Shown piece after piece: positions 59,909 to 64,000 of a DNA stretch of 64,000 nt (within the stretch, counting starts at the first letter, position 1; every line of letters begins with the position of its first letter). This stretch comes from Anthoceros angustus (lineage: Eukaryota > Plantae > Anthocerotophyta): assembly GCA_010909165.1 (NCBI GenBank), contig MU008228.1:62001-126000 (forward strand), given 5' to 3'. Both the position numbers and the translations under genes were made by a program. The notes under the pieces were generated by a model that saw only the letters and a list, made by a program, of their open reading frames with translations, searched no databases and was not told the DNA's origin.

Positions 59909-62365
59909 TGTCATGACACCCTGGTGTTGTGTTCGGTAAAGGGGTATGTGGGTGGATGCATGTGCGTGAGTATGGTATGTATGTCCGCTTATGGGCATGC
60001 ATGTATGGTGAGAATGAATGATGGATATGCATGCGATGTGGAACATGTGTGTGTAAGTTCTGAGGGTGGTCACGAATCGCGTATGGGCAGCGGGTGTCGA
60101 AACCGTGACCAGCCGTAGTTGCGGCGGAGTTATTGTGAGCCGCATTTACGGGCGGCGTCGCACGTCTTTTCATGAGGGTGTCAAGGCGCGCCGCGCGGGT
60201 ACCTGTGATTTGGCGAGAGAAGGCGCGCCAAGCACTTAGGCAGTATAAGATAGCAAGCAATCCGCAGTAGCAGACGGATTGCTGATGTTTGTTCTTGGGA
60301 GCAGCCATACGGATCCCAACGTAGCAGGATGGAGTTCCCTTGGACAGCGATAGCTCTTGGGAAGTGTGGATGAGCGGGATTGGACCCTACATCCAAGCTG
60401 AAATGAAATTTTGCACATCAAGTTGAAATTTGGATCTGGCGGCGTGCTGAAACAAGCTAAGCCGTGAGTCTTTGTGAAGGAACTCAAGGGCGTCAGAAGG
60501 ACGGTGGAGCATCTGAGATAAATCCATGGTGAGCTTGATGAGGATCAGACTACTGTGTTGTTTATGCGGGTCGGTCCATTACGCATTTAGCGCCTAGCGT
60601 AACTAGAACCCGCATATTTGTGGCAGAGGTTGTGGAATGAAGTGATCGACAAACTGTCATGGTTGGCTGATTGGACGGAAGGGGGAGCCAACACTAACTT
60701 TGATGAAATGCCATACATAGTTTCTCGCAGAGGAAGGGATTGGTAAGGTAATGGTGTTTCTGCGGTCTGGGTGGACAAACGAGTTTACTCCTATTCAGGA
60801 AGCTCGCAGTCCTGACATACAATATACTTCAGTCCATAAGCCAAGTGGTCAGATTGAGAGGGTGTACAGTCCCATCCGATCCAGCGCATTTGAAGAGAGT
60901 GGTAGTGGAGTCGGAATGGAATACGAGATAGCGCCTAGTAAAAATGATGTGTTCACCGGCATATGGCAGATGTCGCTATCGACTTTGAGGAAAAGTTCAG
61001 GTGGGCAATCGATGAGATGGTGCTCAAGTACAAGTCCGAATTCACGCCCGAAATGGCACTAAGGAAGATGAGCACAATTCTTGCAGGAGAGGCACTGACT
61101 TGCTACCGTGACTGCAAGGATCAGATCTTGCAGGATGTGCGGACTCTGCCCAAGGCAAGAATGGCCAAGAAGATGTTGAAAGCAGATGAAGTGGAGGAGG
61201 CGTCCAGTTCCACACAAACTGATGCCATTACGTACCTGGTGGATGAAATGTTCTCCAAATTCGCGGAAATGTTTCCGGTAGCCTCTATAGAGAAGATTCA
61301 GGAGCTGTCGAAATTTACCATCAAGCCCAACGAACCTCTCAGATCCGCCTATTTGAGGTTGAGGCAACTGGTGAAAGACACGCGTGTGAAGACGATGCGG
61401 GAAGCCGCCCAGATTTACATAGCTGCCCTTCCAGGAAGACAAAGAAGGGTGATTGCCAATTTCCTGCACATGATGCATGGTGCCGACTACGAGCTAGAAC
61501 AAGCCTATGAGATGGCCGAAAGGGTCATGAAGGGCGACGCGGTGACAAGTGCTTACTGGGAGGAGCATAATCTGGTCAGAGGACAGCAGCATGTCATGAG
61601 CAACCCAAGGTTTCAAGGAAGAACCACGCAGCGCGAGCACACTCAGGTGAACACGCTGCGGAATTCCCCAGCCAAGGAACACGCGGCCACCAACAAAGCT
61701 ACGGTGAAATGTCTTCGCTGCAGGGGGCCGCATAAGGCCTTCGAGTGTGAGTATCGGATTGGGGGGACGAAGGAGAAGGAGCAGTGCCGAACGTGTGCCA
61801 AAACCGGACATCTGAGCGGCATGTTGGCGAGCTCATCCACAATTCAAGCCAAAGGGGCTGGAGCGGTGTCGACAAGGCAAAATCAGAGGGTACACGAGCG
61901 CTTCTCGATGAGGTGCAGTGCAAGAAAAGTTAGCCATGAGTGTAAGCACGGGGAAGTTCGGTTGCTATCGAGGATTATGATTCGGATCCGGTGTATGCGC
62001 TAATGGCCACAAAGTCGCCTGAGGATGAACGGGCTAGCGTCGACTTGGGTGGAGCGGTGCGAAGAAAGAAGGGTGAAGAAAGGATTCAGCTCAAGATGCC
62101 CAAATCTTTTAGGCAGTATGAAGAAGACCAGGAGGGACGGACGTCTGAAGAGAAATCACCCAGTGCTGAACTTATGCTCGAGAAGGTAATGGATGTGCCC
62201 GTGATGAGTTTGCGTGATCTGGGAGTCAAAACGCAACCATTTAAGCAGGCTATGAAGGCCTGGATACAAAAGGAATCTGCAGGACGCGACGAGGTGTCTG
62301 GATGTGTCAGCCTACGCGGGGACCACCTGAAGCCAGCGGCACGGGGCAAAGGAGGCATTGCCATG
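59909..62365 (+). mobile_element. Truncated Gypsy-like LTR retrotransposon E inserted in Copia D
   Basis: Starts TGTCATGAC exactly where the D RNaseH homology stops. Downstream gag-like ORF has two zinc knuckles. LTR end and PBS not resolved. Confidence 0.55.
60963..62003 (+). CDS. gag: Retrotransposon Gag-like protein (element E)
   Basis: 346 aa with capsid-like LAGEALTCY...IKPNEPLRSAYLRLRQL and knuckles CLRCRGPHKAFEC and CRTCAKTGH. Confidence 0.65.
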   Translation: MADVAIDFEEKFRWAIDEMVLKYKSEFTPEMALRKMSTILAGEALTCYRDCKDQILQDVRTLPKARMAKKMLKADEVEEASSSTQTDAITYLVDEMFSKFAEMFPVASIEKIQELSKFTIKPNEPLRSAYLRLRQLVKDTRVKTMREAAQIYIAALPGRQRRVIANFLHMMHGADYELEQAYEMAERVMKGDAVTSAYWEEHNLVRGQQHVMSNPRFQGRTTQREHTQVNTLRNSPAKEHAATNKATVKCLRCRGPHKAFECEYRIGGTKEKEQCRTCAKTGHLSGMLASSSTIQAKGAGAVSTRQNQRVHERFSMRCSARKVSHECKHGEVRLLSRIMIRIRCMR

Positions 62366-64000
62366 CACTACTAGGAAAACGGGCCTTTTACTATAGGCTG
62401 TTTTTTAGAACAGGGGAAGATTTCAGGCTCAAGTCGATTTACAACGGGGCTTCATGGTTCATGGATTATTTTCTTGTATAGCCATTCGAGTTACTACAGG
62501 AGCTCTGGTGTTTTACTACGGGGAGTATTTAGCCACTGGCTATTCTGATGACGTGGCATATCGAAAGCTACTTTACTACGAGGGCTCTTCTTGGTTGCAT
62601 CACGCATAGATCCTAGCAATGATTTTACAACAATGAATGTGTTGTTTACAACAACGCTCGTAGTAAACACCATCACTTTTGTTTACAAGGATTTTCTTTT
62701 ACAACGGCCCATGGTCTACTATCAAGGGGAAGTGGTTTACAACGCATTGTCTGGTTTTACAACGGGGCTTTTACAACGCAGACATACATACCTTACAACA
62801 ACACGCCGGTTTACAACGAGGATCAAGGGTATGTGAGCATTCATGTGCATATGGTATAGGGTTTAGGGAAGGGTTCAGGAACTCGAATGAAAAGGTGGCC
62901 GCGCTTTATTGAGAAACATGCTCACCCAAAAACTATGGGTCGGTCACCAAAACCACACACAACATCAACACCAGGTACCCGCTCTAAACAAAACGGGATG
63001 GCGCACGCATCTCACTCAGAATCTACAGCCGGATGCGGACGCGGCCAGGTCCCCGTCTGCGGCGTGCAGCCTCTCCCTCACCCACCACACGCTCAATTCC
63101 GGTCTCCTCAATGCCAACCACCTTCTCCAATTCGGCCACAAGGAGGTGGTAGCCGTGAAAATCCTCAGGCTTCCAGGCACCAGCCTCCATTTCCGGAACA
63201 TCTGTCCGATTGGCAAACCTCTGCACCTCCCCGTGCACACGCTCTAGCTTGTCAACGTGCTTGTGCACTAGTCGCATCAGACGCCACAGATATTGGTGAG
63301 AAAGGGAGCCGGGCTTGTCGATAAGGGCAGTGAGCTCTTTCTGGTCGTCCTCAAAAATTGCGATCCCATGACCAGTGTTGAAAGCCATAGCGCTAGCTTG
63401 GCTGCTTCCCGTCTTCCACAACCAGAGCTGCAAGACAACAACAAAAACCTGGTGCAACCCACTGATCGGAAATGAGAATTGCAGCCGCATAATCGAAGCG
63501 CACACGCACAGCAACCATAAAACGAGTTCTCAGCATGCAACTTTCCCCAAAACGCGCGCGACATCTATAACACTACCTCTACAACACTACAAATCGGCAC
63601 ACAACCGACTGGAAAAACTCATGGCTGCGCGCGCACCTCAATCGCAGCGGTGGACCACGATCTCAGGGCGTGAATGAACTCGTGAGCAGTGAAGTGGCTT
63701 GAAGGCAATGCACCCTTTTGTTGCCGAGGGCAAATGAGAGGCCGGTGTCTTGGACCCTCGAGTACATTCGGCATCTTGTGATACATGGTCTGGAAGCCAA
63801 GTTCAAAATGACAAGTCACAAAAACTCAACATCAACTTCAGTGGTCATGGCCAAGTACCCTGCCAAAGTTTATGACCAAGAGGATATGTATTTGACCGAG
63901 ATGATATGTATTTGACTGTACCATGTTCCCAAGACCCAAGGAACCCTAAACCATGATCCCGAAACTAGAGTAAAGCTAACCCATGTTCCCGGAACCCAAG
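62366..64000. mobile_element. Terminus of a CACTA (En/Spm) DNA transposon extending beyond the window
   Basis: CACTACTAGGAAAAC at 62366 followed by many subterminal TTTAC(A/T)ACG repeats up to ~62820. Confidence 0.8.

Overview
Eukaryotic plant nuclear DNA, most likely from a hornwort (inferred from the GRP-type DYW:KP domains). Positions 1-38.3 kb hold a cluster of nine intronless PLS-class PPR loci: six near-full-length, one deleted pseudogene and two fragments. Their C-terminal deaminase-like domains are the DYW:KP/'GRP' variant (KP box, HAEKLA, CSDCH, C-terminal GRP) linked to U-to-C organellar RNA editing. The main result is that the six near-full-length copies carry, N-terminal to the PPR array, one or two ~55-aa modules (LWQQFF.EP..WWDNRR.KK....PDFRRKGSGEVLWL....KPAWV) matching the ssDNA-binding PDF motif of plant OSB proteins. 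Between the genes lie a 6.7-kb TATGG...CCATA TIR element with a 6-bp TSD (IS3EU-like) carrying a decayed PPR array, a micro/minisatellite block and a truncated Copia. Positions 39.2-64 kb are a transposon nest. An old minus-strand Copia (D) contains Copia A (TSD CAGGG). A in turn contains a gag-protease-only element (B, TSD ACTTT) and a Copia with non-canonical AGTT...AACT LTRs (C, TSD GATTG). A Gypsy-like element cut by a CACTA end follows. Many frameshifts are short and deletion-biased and may be long-read consensus errors, so pseudogene status of the near-full-length PPR genes is uncertain. All alignments were done by eye; boundaries not fixed by a TSD, start or stop codon are approximate.
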